Assembly (NCBI GenBank): GCA_043511425.1
Contig: CP121331.1
Span: forward strand, 806,470 to 870,469
Reading direction: 5' to 3'
Origin: Sphingobacteriales bacterium
Lineage (GTDB): Bacteria > Bacteroidota > Bacteroidia > NS11-12g > UBA9320
Length of the DNA stretch: 64,000 bases
Made by a program: the position numbers and the translations under genes. Positions 30,963 to 40,991 of the stretch are shown piece by piece; the first letter of the stretch is position 1, and each line of letters begins with the position of its first letter. The notes under the pieces are model-generated. The model had not been told where the DNA came from. It did no database searches and worked only from the letters and a program-made list of their open reading frames with translations.

Positions 30963-31675
30963 TCTTCTATTCTTGGAGCTATTTCCAATAGCTCTTTGGT
31001 AGATTTATCATACTCACCTGAGAGAATCTCCTTCGCAGTATAAACTACCTTGTGGGTGAAATAATCTATCTCCATTTTAAGAAATAATGAACCATCGCTC
31101 TTATTCATAAAATAGCTCCACAAGTCATCATTTACATTGGCATACACGGCTTTATCTACCTTTAGTTGATCACTGTACCAGTACCTTACTGTCAAATAAG
31201 TCTTTTCGTAGTTTCTGGCAATGTCTTCAGCACCAATGGATACATCTTTAAGCTCATAGTCCAAAACCGTTTGTTTTTCATTAGTAGTGCGCAGGTCATA
31301 TAGCTTATTTCGGTTTTGAATAGCGGCTTTATGTACAAAAAGCGAATCTGAATTATTGTACTTTTCTATAACTGTCTGGTTCTCTATATCGACATACTGT
31401 ATACCGTACCCATCTATAGAAGAGGTAGTGTACTTGCGCTGTAAGTCCCCATTTTTAAACACCGTCAAGGACATCTCTGTACCATATAAGTCTTTCTTGG
31501 ACTTGGTTTGTTGCTCATCTGAATTGTTAATCACCTCTACGTCATACACTATAGTTCCTTTAAACGGAGCTACTTTTTCGCCTGTTGAGGTTTGCAATGT
31601 TTTACAACCAACCATAAAAAGTAGAACAGTTGCTAAAATTGAAAGTCGGTAAAGTGTTTCTGTTCGTGTTATCAT
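30959..31675 (-). CDS. Hypothetical lipoprotein
   Basis: Lipobox MVGC after a hydrophobic stretch; FKGTIVY motif. Probable start ATG 31675. Confidence 0.65.
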   Translation of the reverse strand: MITRTETLYRLSILATVLLFMVGCKTLQTSTGEKVAPFKGTIVYDVEVINNSDEQQTKSKKDLYGTEMSLTVFKNGDLQRKYTTSSIDGYGIQYVDIENQTVIEKYNNSDSLFVHKAAIQNRNKLYDLRTTNEKQTVLDYELKDVSIGAEDIARNYEKTYLTVRYWYSDQLKVDKAVYANVNDDLWSYFMNKSDGSLFLKMEIDYFTHKVVYTAKEILSGEYDKSTKELLEIAPRIED

Positions 31676-31726
31676 ATTACTTTTTGTTTTAACTACCCGC
31701 AAACAATGAGCCAATTTCTATCCTTA

Positions 31727-32596
31727 TTAAAGCTTAGTGGTTCCTTTTATTTTTTGAAACAGCATCATACCTAGCAATGCTATAAAACCTATTACTAGTC
31801 CAACTATACTATTAGCAACTAATGAAGGAAGCCGATCTAACAATTCATGCACATAATGGATGTTATGCGTAAAAATACCTCCAGCCACTACTACTAGTGC
31901 TATAGTACCTACTACATTTAGTGTTTTAATCACAATAGGCAATCCTTTTACAAGACCGATGCCTAAGTTCTTTGTGTACTTATTTTTGTTTTCCTTTATG
32001 AGCTTATATCCCATATCGTCCATCCGAACGATTAAAGCCACTATACCGTATACGCCAACAGTAGCGAGTACAGCAATGAGTGAAACAACGATAATCTGAA
32101 CCTTCAGCTCGCTTTCAGTAACGGTGCTAAGCGCTATAATCACAATCTCTATAGACAATATAAAGTCAACAAAAACGGCAGATTTAACGCGTTCATTTTC
32201 TAGGTTAGTCATCTCTTTAGGAGTCTGATCCACTAACTTTTTGGCAGATTTTACTTCTTTTCTGTGAAATAAGAAATGGTAAATTTTCTCTGCTCCTTCG
32301 TAGGCCAGATAGACACCGCCTAGCAGTAAAATCACTGTAATAGCTATAGGTACAAAGGCGCTTAATAAAAATGCTACCGGCAATATGATTAATTTATTGA
32401 GGAGTGAGCCCTTGGTTATTTTCCATAGCGCAGGAAGTTCTCTGTTATTCAGAAAACCAGAAGATTTTTCAGCGTTTACCGCTAAATCATCTCCAAGTAT
32501 GCCTGCAGTCTTTTGCGTGGCGACCTTACTCATGGTAGCCACATCATCCATTAAAAGTGATATGTCATCTAGTAACGCTAGAAATGATGCTGCCAT
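31727..32596 (-). CDS. yedI: DUF808 (YedI-like) inner membrane protein
   Basis: ALLDDI, KTAGILGDDLAVNAE, RELP..KGSLLNK, DFILSIEI, VALIVRMDD. Confidence 0.9.
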   Translation of the reverse strand: MAASFLALLDDISLLMDDVATMSKVATQKTAGILGDDLAVNAEKSSGFLNNRELPALWKITKGSLLNKLIILPVAFLLSAFVPIAITVILLLGGVYLAYEGAEKIYHFLFHRKEVKSAKKLVDQTPKEMTNLENERVKSAVFVDFILSIEIVIIALSTVTESELKVQIIVVSLIAVLATVGVYGIVALIVRMDDMGYKLIKENKNKYTKNLGIGLVKGLPIVIKTLNVVGTIALVVVAGGIFTHNIHYVHELLDRLPSLVANSIVGLVIGFIALLGMMLFQKIKGTTKL

Positions 32597-32820
32597 TTAG
32601 TTTTAGTTCGTAGTTGATAGTGCAAGTTTAAGGAACATTTAGAACTATGACCATATCATTTTATGTTTGAGGGGTAGTGTCACTTAACCTATACTCTTGA
32701 AGCTAGAACCAGTTTTAAAGGTATCCCTTTCATTAGTAAGCTTAATAAAACGACTTGTGTGGCTTTCTGAATAAAGTGTTTTCAGACAAAACAATACAAT
32801 TCGACTGGAATCCCGAATAC

Positions 32821-32875
32821 GACTAATCGCTAACAACTAATAACTAATAACTAATAACTAATAACTAATAACTAA
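32821..32875. repeat. Heptanucleotide tandem repeat (AACTAAT)n
   Basis: Five perfect copies at 32835-32869 plus a 6-nt partial, preceded by degenerate GACTAAT and CGCTAAC. Lies immediately after the pepD stop. Confidence 0.95.
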
Positions 32876-32878
32876 AAA

Positions 32879-34321
32879 CTACCCCTTCGGCACATTCGCC
32901 AATATCTCTTTCAAGAACATCCAGAATTTAGCAGTAGACTTTATGCCACAACGTTCATCTGGACTGTGTGCTCCTTTAATAGTAGGACCGAAGCTGATCA
33001 TATCTAATCCCGGTATGCGTTCTCCTAAAAGACCACACTCCAGTCCTGCGTGTATGGCCATTACTTTTGGTTCTTCATTGTTAAATAGCTCTTTGTATTT
33101 AGCTACAAGCACATCTAAAATAGCTGATGTAGGGTTTGGTGCCCAGCCTGGATAGTCGCCTTTATGCTCCACACTGCAACCCATTAGATGGAAAGGAGCG
33201 GCTACGGTGTATGCCACATCGTACTTTCCACTTTCCACGGAACTACGCTGCAGGCTCTGTGTGATAAATTCACCATCATTTACGATTACTCTAGCAAGAG
33301 AAGAGGATGTTTCTACTAAGCCCTCTATGGCTCTACTATACTTGAATACGCCATTGTGCACAGCATACAGTGCTGTAGTCACTTGTATGGTATCTGCTAA
33401 GCTCATTGCTTTACCCGCTTGTGAAGTAGCTTCTATGTGAATATTCAGATTCGGGTCTTGAATAGCAATTTCCTCTTTGAGGAAGGTCACTCGTTTCTCA
33501 AACTCTTCTAAATAAGTTGGGCTCACGGCAATGGTCGCAAAACTTTCCCTTGGAATAGCGTTCCTTAAGCTACCTCCATTTATGCTCACTATTTGTAGAT
33601 TATACTCTTGACAACCATACATCAAGCGATTCATTATTTTATTCGCATTCCCTAGTTCTTCATTAATTTGGACACCACTATGACCTCCATTTAGCCCATT
33701 CACTGTAATATTATACGTCTGAGACCCCTCTATAATCTGTACTTGGTCGTAGACATACTTTGTATTGGTATCTATACCACCTGCACACCCAATACTAAAT
33801 TCGTCATCATCTTCTGTATCTAGATTAAGTAAAATAGTACCTTTAAGTATACCTTTTTCTAGCTCCATAGCACCTGTCATCCCAGTCTCCTCATCTACGG
33901 TAAATAATGCTTCTATAGCAGGGTGAGGGATATCTGTAGAACTCAAAACCGCCATTATAGCAGCTACACCCATACCGTTATCAGCACCTAGCGTAGTTCC
34001 TTTAGCCCTTACCCAGTCACCGTCCACGTACATTTCTATACCTTGAGTATCGAAATCAAAATCAGTATCTGCATTTTTTTGGTGTACCATGTCTACATGA
34101 GATTGTAGGATAACGGTTTGTCTATCTTCCATTCCAGTCGTAGCTGGTTTTCGGATAATTACATTTCCAGCAGCGTCTGTGTATGTATCAAGATTTAACT
34201 TCTTTCCAAAATCCTCCATGAATTTTATCACACGCTCTTCCTTCTTACTAGGACGAGGTACAGCGTTCAAATCTGAAAAATGATTCCATACTACTTTTGG
34301 CTCTAAGTCTCTTACATTCAT
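32879..34321 (-). CDS. pepD: Aminoacyl-histidine dipeptidase (peptidase M20C)
   Basis: PRPSKKE, LQSHVDMV, TTLGADNG, TVDEETGMTGA, NLDTE, GGHSG, HAGLECG, HSPDE. Start moved to ATG 34321. Confidence 0.95.
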   Translation of the reverse strand: MNVRDLEPKVVWNHFSDLNAVPRPSKKEERVIKFMEDFGKKLNLDTYTDAAGNVIIRKPATTGMEDRQTVILQSHVDMVHQKNADTDFDFDTQGIEMYVDGDWVRAKGTTLGADNGMGVAAIMAVLSSTDIPHPAIEALFTVDEETGMTGAMELEKGILKGTILLNLDTEDDDEFSIGCAGGIDTNTKYVYDQVQIIEGSQTYNITVNGLNGGHSGVQINEELGNANKIMNRLMYGCQEYNLQIVSINGGSLRNAIPRESFATIAVSPTYLEEFEKRVTFLKEEIAIQDPNLNIHIEATSQAGKAMSLADTIQVTTALYAVHNGVFKYSRAIEGLVETSSSLARVIVNDGEFITQSLQRSSVESGKYDVAYTVAAPFHLMGCSVEHKGDYPGWAPNPTSAILDVLVAKYKELFNNEEPKVMAIHAGLECGLLGERIPGLDMISFGPTIKGAHSPDERCGIKSTAKFWMFLKEILANVPKG

Positions 34322-34755
34322 CGGGCGAAGGTAGTATTTTGAGGGTAAAAATGGGACACCTAAAAACCAGTCTTGCAATTCTGACTCGGAAATATGTATG
34401 GGTACTGAAGCAGCATCTCCAAGAACTCAATGCTGGAACCTTATTTTGCTTATTTTGCCACAGTCAAACTACAATGCACAGGGTGTAACTGCATTTACAG
34501 AGATGCCTATTCGGTTAAGTAAGTCAACCTTCAATGTCGAGTCATTTTATGAATGCATAATCTCTTGTTTTATCAATGATTCAAGGTTTTTTTATGGTCT
34601 GATAGTGTGTTTTGCGACGTTTTAAATGTTAAATGACTTGATATGCTGTGTTTATAAACAGAGGAGTTTATAAATTTTACGTAGAAAAAACGTTCAAGAA
34701 TTTCATCAAGTCAGAAAAATATGTACATTTCGACCTTTAAATAAAAAAACAACAA

Positions 34756-36816
34756 ATGAAAAAAATTACATTACTACTATCTCTATGCTTCATTGCAAGT
34801 ATGGGGTATGCACAAACCTATTATTACCTAGGGGGTACAGGTAGTGCTGCACCTTACTATCAAGGTGTACCAACTACTTATGATTTAGCTCTTACCGCTA
34901 ACAGAAGTGATCCTAATAGTGAGGTAAATGATGTGCTCTCTAGTGCACAGACAATTCCTTTTGCTTTTAATTTCTATGGCACTGATTACACTAGTTATTT
35001 AGTGAGTGATAATGGTTACATAACTTTTGATGTTGCTGAGACTGTTTCTAATCCAACAAACACACTTTTACCAAATGCAAGTGCTCCAAAAAATGCAATT
35101 ATGGCATTTTGGGATGATTTAGAACTTGAACAAAATCAAGGTTTCCTTTTTGCTGTGATTACTTCTACGGAAGGAACGGCTCCAAATAGAAGTCACGTTA
35201 TTAAGTGGTTTCAAGCGAATCATAAGGATCGTAACTCTGAAATAGACGAACTACTGACTTTTGGTATTGTTCTTCACGAGCAAGGTGGTTTTGATATAAT
35301 ACACGAAGCACAACTAACATTAGGTACAGCGTTTACTGAAACTGCTACTATCGGATGTAATAATGGCGACGGTACTGAAGGAATAACTGTATCAGGTCCT
35401 AATACTGCATTTTCAGCGAATCAATCAAATGTTGCATCAGATGATAAAGTATATTCATTCTTTGTAGGACCTCAAGCAGGAAAAGATGCTGGGATTCTTT
35501 CTGTAGAAATGAAGAAAGACGTGGTTATATCAAATGGGGCTGTCTCTACAGTAACTGAAGTAAGAAACTTTGGTAGTGAGACAATTACTTCTCTTGACTT
35601 ATCTTATACTGTAGGAGCTGGGTCAGCAGTTACAGATAATTTTGTTACAAGTATTGCTCCAGGAGCTATGCGTTCGTTCACGCATACTACAGCATGGACA
35701 CCAGCTGCGGTAGGTTCTTATGATATTACAGTTGCATTAGGCAGTATTAACGGAGGTGCTGATGAAAAAAGTGATAATGATAATGAGCAGTCTTTTGTAG
35801 TTAATGTTTACGAAAGTGCTCCTACACGAGTACCTTTTTATGAAGTATTTACAGGATCTACTTGCCCACCTTGTACTCCAGGTAATGCTAATTTCCATAA
35901 CATCATAGACGGACAAAGAGAAACTGAATGTACTTATATTAAGTATCAACAAAACTTCCCAGGTTCTGGAGACCCATATGCTTCTTCTCAATCTGTAGGT
36001 AGAAGAAATTACTACGCTATTAACTCTATACCTCGCATGGAAATAGACGGAGGATGGGACGGAAACGCAAACAGTTTCACACCAGCTCTTCACACACAGG
36101 CACTAGCTAATTTCAGCTTAGTAGAATTAGATGCTACTTTTGATAAATGGGGACAGTCAGTGGTGACTACTATTAATGTAGATGCAATTAAAAACCTAAA
36201 CAATGTAAGTGTTTACGCAGCAGTTCTTGAAACGTACAACGATAAGAACGTTAAGACCAATGGTGAAACTGAGTTCCTACACGTATTTAAGAGATTTATG
36301 AGTCCTACTTCAGGAGAGTCTATTAATATAATATCAGGTACGCCTACTTCTAAAACCTATCAAGTAGATTTCAAAGGAGAATATAAATTAGCTTCTAATG
36401 GACAGCAATCAAGTTGGATCAATATCAATACAAACCATGATGTAGAGGATTTCAATAACCTTAAAGTAGTAGTATGGATTCAAGATAATGCAACAAAGGA
36501 AGTACTACAATCTACCTATGCAGAAGAGGTTAAACTGGGAGTTAAAGATGTAACTAAAGCGATAAACGCAGGAGTATCTCCAAACCCTACAGCTGGTGTA
36601 GCTAATATAGCTCTTAGCTTAATGCAAAACTCAGACGTAAACGTAAGTCTAACCAATGCAATGGGTCAAGAAATCAATGCATACACGTTTAACAATGTAA
36701 ACGCAGGAGAAAACACATTAAACCTCAACATTAGCGACTATGCTGAAGGAGTTTACTTCTTTAACATTGTGACTAACGAAGGGTCAACTACTAAGAAAGT
36801 AATTCTTTCTAAATAA
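34756..36816 (+). CDS. T9SS type-A cargo: N-terminal beta domain, CARDB-like Ig, Omp28-like thioredoxin domain, CTD
   Basis: Signal peptide; IPFAFNFYG..VSDNGYITF..IMAFWDDL; VRNFGSETITS; EVFTGSTCPPC; CTD SPNPT..GVYFFNI..TKKVILSK. Confidence 0.85.
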   Translation: MKKITLLLSLCFIASMGYAQTYYYLGGTGSAAPYYQGVPTTYDLALTANRSDPNSEVNDVLSSAQTIPFAFNFYGTDYTSYLVSDNGYITFDVAETVSNPTNTLLPNASAPKNAIMAFWDDLELEQNQGFLFAVITSTEGTAPNRSHVIKWFQANHKDRNSEIDELLTFGIVLHEQGGFDIIHEAQLTLGTAFTETATIGCNNGDGTEGITVSGPNTAFSANQSNVASDDKVYSFFVGPQAGKDAGILSVEMKKDVVISNGAVSTVTEVRNFGSETITSLDLSYTVGAGSAVTDNFVTSIAPGAMRSFTHTTAWTPAAVGSYDITVALGSINGGADEKSDNDNEQSFVVNVYESAPTRVPFYEVFTGSTCPPCTPGNANFHNIIDGQRETECTYIKYQQNFPGSGDPYASSQSVGRRNYYAINSIPRMEIDGGWDGNANSFTPALHTQALANFSLVELDATFDKWGQSVVTTINVDAIKNLNNVSVYAAVLETYNDKNVKTNGETEFLHVFKRFMSPTSGESINIISGTPTSKTYQVDFKGEYKLASNGQQSSWININTNHDVEDFNNLKVVVWIQDNATKEVLQSTYAEEVKLGVKDVTKAINAGVSPNPTAGVANIALSLMQNSDVNVSLTNAMGQEINAYTFNNVNAGENTLNLNISDYAEGVYFFNIVTNEGSTTKKVILSK

Positions 36817-36839
36817 GTTTAGTAAAGACTAATCCATAT

Positions 36840-36871
36840 AAAAAGAGGCATACGGTGTATGCCTCTTTTTT
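36840..36871 (+). terminator. Intrinsic terminator
   Basis: AAAAAGAGGCATAC-GGT-GTATGCCTCTTTTTT, shortly after the T9SS cargo stop. Confidence 0.9.
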
Positions 36872-36878
36872 ATTGTCC

Positions 36879-36886
36879 TAAATTTG
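36879..36886 (+). promoter_or_regulatory. -7 promoter element TAAATTTG, 5 nt before the GT2 GTG
   Basis: TAAATTTG-CACTT-GTG, directly after the upstream terminator. Confidence 0.6.
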
Positions 36887-36891
36887 CACTT

Positions 36892-37758
36892 GTGTTTGTA
36901 TCCGGATTTACTTTTATAAAAAATGCTGTAAAGCTAGACTATCCTGTAAAGGAGGCCATACTTTCCATACTTCCGCTAGTGGATGAAATGGTAGTAGCCG
37001 TAGGTTTAAGTGAAGATAGCACTCTTGACTTAATCCAATCTCTTGGTGATAAAATTAGAATAGTGGAGACAGTATGGGATGATACACTAAGAGAAGGAGG
37101 GAAGGTGTTAGCAGTAGAAACCGACAAAGCTTTTGATGCTGTCTCAGAAAAAGCTGATTGGTGCTTCTATATTCAAGGAGACGAGTGTGTACACGAGAAG
37201 TATCATTCCGAAATAACCTCTAAAATGGAAACCTGCCAAAAAGATGATACTGTGGATGGACTCCTTTTTGATTATGCACACTTTTATGGCAGTTATGATT
37301 ATTTAGGGGATAGCCGTACTTGGTATCGCAAAGAAATCCGTATTATCAAGAATGATAAAAGTATTCGGAGTTATAAAGATGCTCAAGGTTTTAGAAAAAA
37401 AGGTAAAAAGCTGCGTGTAAAACCCATTCAAGCTGAAATCTATCATTATGGCTGGGTAAGACACCCACGCTACCAAATGGCTAAATTACGCGAAGCCAAT
37501 AAGTTGTGGCATGATGATGCTTATATCGACAAGAAATTTGATGCATCCAAGGATTTTGACTATTCTGAGATCGATTCTATAAAACCGTTTACAGGTTCTC
37601 ACCCTAAAGTGATGCACGAACGAATAAGTGCTATGAACCGGAAGTTTGATAAAGATCCAAGTGTAAAATCATTTGGTCTAAAGCTTCGATTCTTGTATGG
37701 TATAGAAAAGCTTACTGGTTGGAGAATAGGAGAGTATCAAAACTATAAAATAGTCTAA
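36892..37758 (+). CDS. Glycosyltransferase family 2
   Basis: SGFTFIKNA..LDYP, WCFYIQGDE, HFYGSY, YHYGWVR. Start moved to GTG 36892 because the listed ATG lies inside the terminator. Confidence 0.85.
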   Translation: MFVSGFTFIKNAVKLDYPVKEAILSILPLVDEMVVAVGLSEDSTLDLIQSLGDKIRIVETVWDDTLREGGKVLAVETDKAFDAVSEKADWCFYIQGDECVHEKYHSEITSKMETCQKDDTVDGLLFDYAHFYGSYDYLGDSRTWYRKEIRIIKNDKSIRSYKDAQGFRKKGKKLRVKPIQAEIYHYGWVRHPRYQMAKLREANKLWHDDAYIDKKFDASKDFDYSEIDSIKPFTGSHPKVMHERISAMNRKFDKDPSVKSFGLKLRFLYGIEKLTGWRIGEYQNYKIV

Positions 37759-37768
37759 ACGGTATGGC

Positions 37769-39085
37769 TTAATGGCCCGAATTCTTAAGTGCTTGGGCTT
37801 TTGCTAGCATGTGCTCATATACTGAGCTCCATCCGTACCACCGCTCAGTTTCACTGAAACTTTCATTGTGCCATAGACTTATAAATAAGCCATTTACGGC
37901 ATATACCTTGTCCATCAGCTCACCTATCGTTTTAGTAGCTTCTGTAGGCGACTCTCCACGATAGTGTAACGGGGTGATATCCATCGCACAAAATGGTATC
38001 AATCTGAGATCTGATTGCACATTATTCTCTAAATCAAACCAATAAAAAGGGGCAGCTATACCCGCTCTAAACCCTAAATGAGTGCTATAGCCCATCGTAT
38101 AATCTTCTTGAATACCACACTGCAGCAAGTGTCTATAGGTCTTTGGCATAGAATGCATCAAAAAATGCTGCCGTGATGTATAAATAGGCCTCTCTAACAT
38201 GGCAGTTAATCTACTGATTTCTTGTGCTACTCGATATTCTTCATCATTACTTTGATAGGAGGGATGTATACCCACTGATGCATTCGTATCCAAGGATTTT
38301 ATCAGTCTGATAAAATTAGAATTGTCATAGGGAGTATTCTTATCATACTTACCATAATCACCAAGCAAGATAAAGTAGTGTGGCGACAAAGAAAATTTAG
38401 TCTCAAGTGTCTTGTGCCAGTGAAATGCTTCATAAAAAGGATCCTTTTTCAAATTAAAAAGCACAGGCCATCGATCTCTAAAATTTTCCCATTTACCTTC
38501 CTTTATATCCCTAAAGGTTCCCAATACATTTCGCAATCCACCCTTGTGCTTAAATTTCCAAGCTTGGTCTACATCGATCGTGCTGATGTATTCAAATTTT
38601 CTGGGTTGAAAAGTTAGGCTTTCGTCTACTTTTTTTAATATTTCTCTAATCCGAAGTGCCCATTGATTCACTAGTGGCTCTAGCAGTAAGTCATGCTCAC
38701 TTAAACAAGAGAAACCGGCTTTAAACCTGTTGTGATCATCTGGTTCATAGGGCAAATACTCTTCATACCGAGCTACCAGATAGAATGCTGAAGAGAATAC
38801 ATCAAAGGGAAGAAGTCCTTCATTCGATGTGCGAAACATAAACCACTGATTATCTATATTTTCAAAATTGATTTTGATATCATTCCGGATATCTGTTTGA
38901 GATAGCAGTCCCTGTGGAACTATGTGCATTTTACCTCCACTTTTTGTAGAGTAATTCAAATGGCACTCACTTGGAGAATCTGTGAACTCATAGTTGATAC
39001 CCAGAAGTTCTGTGAAGATTAGGTCAAAGATATACAAGTGCCTAGATGAAGGCTGGTGACAATATATTTTTATAGGTACTGACAA
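37769..39085 (-). CDS. Polysaccharide deacetylase-like protein (DUF7033-type)
   Basis: FDVFSSAFYLVARYEEY, STIDVD, VGIHPSY, SRQHFL, DYTMGY..GFRAG, LWHNES. Confidence 0.83.
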   Translation of the reverse strand: MSVPIKIYCHQPSSRHLYIFDLIFTELLGINYEFTDSPSECHLNYSTKSGGKMHIVPQGLLSQTDIRNDIKINFENIDNQWFMFRTSNEGLLPFDVFSSAFYLVARYEEYLPYEPDDHNRFKAGFSCLSEHDLLLEPLVNQWALRIREILKKVDESLTFQPRKFEYISTIDVDQAWKFKHKGGLRNVLGTFRDIKEGKWENFRDRWPVLFNLKKDPFYEAFHWHKTLETKFSLSPHYFILLGDYGKYDKNTPYDNSNFIRLIKSLDTNASVGIHPSYQSNDEEYRVAQEISRLTAMLERPIYTSRQHFLMHSMPKTYRHLLQCGIQEDYTMGYSTHLGFRAGIAAPFYWFDLENNVQSDLRLIPFCAMDITPLHYRGESPTEATKTIGELMDKVYAVNGLFISLWHNESFSETERWYGWSSVYEHMLAKAQALKNSGH

Positions 39086-39312
39086 TAAACTCGATCTATT
39101 TCAATTGCAAGTTTACGGTCTTTTTCGGTAATGGTATTCCCTTCGTCATGGGTCGTAAGCCTTACATTTACAGTATTATACACATTACTCCATTCCGGAT
39201 GATGGTTTATAGCTTCTATTGGAGCTATACATTCCTGCATAAAATCCATGGCTGTTTGAAAATCTTCAAACTTAAATTCTTTAACTAAACCGTTGTTGTT
39301 TTCCTCCCACAT
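39070..39312 (-). CDS. phhB: Pterin-4-alpha-carbinolamine dehydratase
   Basis: FKFEDF..A..F, NHHPEWSNVYNTV, LTTHD, ITEKD. Confidence 0.93.
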   Translation of the reverse strand: MWEENNNGLVKEFKFEDFQTAMDFMQECIAPIEAINHHPEWSNVYNTVNVRLTTHDEGNTITEKDRKLAIEIDRVYCQYL

Positions 39313-39317
39313 ATAAA

Positions 39318-40991
39318 TTATCGTATTATTTTTTGACTAAAAAGTTGGCCTTCATTAGTGAAGCGCAGGATATATAATCCTTTGCTGTAATCACTTGCCT
39401 TTAGTGTATGAGAAATGCTTTCTGATAGTACTGTAAGTAAATTTCCTTGTACATCATATACCGAAATAGCGACTTCTCTAGGAAGTTCTATCCGTAAATC
39501 TGATGCTCCAGAGGCAAAACCTTGCTGATTGATCACTTTATACGGAGTCCTATTAACCTCCTCTACAGATACTCGCGAGATGAATCCCGCCTCTACAAAA
39601 CAGCTCTTTAAACTGCTATAGTATTTACTGTTAAAATCTTCTTTGTCAATCTTGATAATTACTTCAGCCATCTCACCCATAGTAGTGTTCGCTCCTTGGT
39701 AAAAAAAGTGCTCAAGAAGAAGACTGTCGGTAGCCATACGACCTATTTTATCGTGAATACACATCAGTGCACTGCTCCACATATCTCTATCACCATCTTT
39801 TGAGTTCCTTAAATCTGAAGGATAGCTTCTTTTGGTATTTAGCGGTATCCCATTCCAAGTTAGATTTCCATCCCAGCTAAACACTTTGTTTGGGGTATTG
39901 TCATTTAAGCTTCTACTGTATGCCTTAGCAAAGTAGTCACACGAACCCTCTTCCATGGCTTCTCTTTGAGAGCCAATCGTATTATTAGGAGAAGCAAGTT
40001 CACTCAGAGAGTGCGTAAACTCGTGCACTACCACCTCACCGTCCTCAGCATCATCTATGCCTCCTTCTCCAAACTGTAATGAATGGTCAGCGGGACTGTA
40101 TGCTGAATTATCCGCATTCCCAAATGCATGAACATCAACATCCAGTTGCTTGATGAGTGAATTGTATCCTAGTTCTTTTACATAGTTCCCTATCTCATTG
40201 ATGTGGTAATAGGTATTTATAAATTCAAAATCACCCTGATCTCTAGTGAACGTTAGCGAGTCATTCAATGCAAAAAAGTCGTCATCAAAAGGAGCGGATA
40301 TATTGGTAAACTTTAAAAATTCTGATTCCAGGTAAAACGAATCATTTGACACTTTCGCATCAGTCATTTGCCAATACATTTCAGACTCTAAGGAGGGATT
40401 AGATAAATCATTATTATCACTATACGCTCCACCATAAGCTTGACCCGATGAGTTTATCGGGTTCAGCATAAACACTTTTACAAATATGCTCGTATCTCGT
40501 TTGATGTACTTGGTTTGGTCTTTAGCGTAAATTACCACACCAAACTGATCCGTATATACGAGTTCTTCTAGACCTCCGTGCTGTATCAGCTCCTTTTTTA
40601 CGGCTATAGCCCCACCTGAAGAAGGTAACCAAGCGTTTGCAGCACTAAATTGTCCATCCGCGATATCATAGTAAATATAGTTTTCTAACCTACAACTACC
40701 ATTATCTTTCAAGTGTAAAGTAGCGCCGGCAAACTCCACTGGCAAACCATCCGTAATTTGCTGAAAAGTATAATGTGTTGCAAATGAGCTTCTGATTTTA
40801 TAGGACTGAATTAGCTCACTCCTTGCAGGCAGTTTTACCTGAGCAAGTACTTGTGACAGAATAGCATTGTCATGTGCGATGGCTGCACTCGTCGTCCATT
40901 CGTGACTCACTGTCTTCGGAATTACTATGTCTTGACTTTTGGCAACTTGCGTTCCAATCAGTACACTGAGTATTACATATACAATTTTCAT
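39318..40991 (-). CDS. T9SS-secreted gluzincin metallopeptidase (M36/M4-like)
   Basis: FTP-like propeptide (HYTFQQ..G.PV), NTYYH, DNSAY, LQFGEGGIDDAED, HEFTH, AMEEG, type-A CTD (YDVQG..GLYIL..QKIIR). Confidence 0.85.
   Translation of the reverse strand: MKIVYVILSVLIGTQVAKSQDIVIPKTVSHEWTTSAAIAHDNAILSQVLAQVKLPARSELIQSYKIRSSFATHYTFQQITDGLPVEFAGATLHLKDNGSCRLENYIYYDIADGQFSAANAWLPSSGGAIAVKKELIQHGGLEELVYTDQFGVVIYAKDQTKYIKRDTSIFVKVFMLNPINSSGQAYGGAYSDNNDLSNPSLESEMYWQMTDAKVSNDSFYLESEFLKFTNISAPFDDDFFALNDSLTFTRDQGDFEFINTYYHINEIGNYVKELGYNSLIKQLDVDVHAFGNADNSAYSPADHSLQFGEGGIDDAEDGEVVVHEFTHSLSELASPNNTIGSQREAMEEGSCDYFAKAYSRSLNDNTPNKVFSWDGNLTWNGIPLNTKRSYPSDLRNSKDGDRDMWSSALMCIHDKIGRMATDSLLLEHFFYQGANTTMGEMAEVIIKIDKEDFNSKYYSSLKSCFVEAGFISRVSVEEVNRTPYKVINQQGFASGASDLRIELPREVAISVYDVQGNLLTVLSESISHTLKASDYSKGLYILRFTNEGQLFSQKIIR

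Noticed and set aside
32821-32875. CRISPR array or phase-variation switch
   Set aside because: The unit is 7 nt with no spacers and no cas genes nearby. It is outside any coding sequence and about 200 nt from the nearest promoter-like motif.
34297-34625. Small ORFs (63-75 aa) in the pepD/T9SS divergent gap
   Set aside because: They overlap each other, one overlaps the pepD start and promoter, and none has a motif or a suitably placed promoter.
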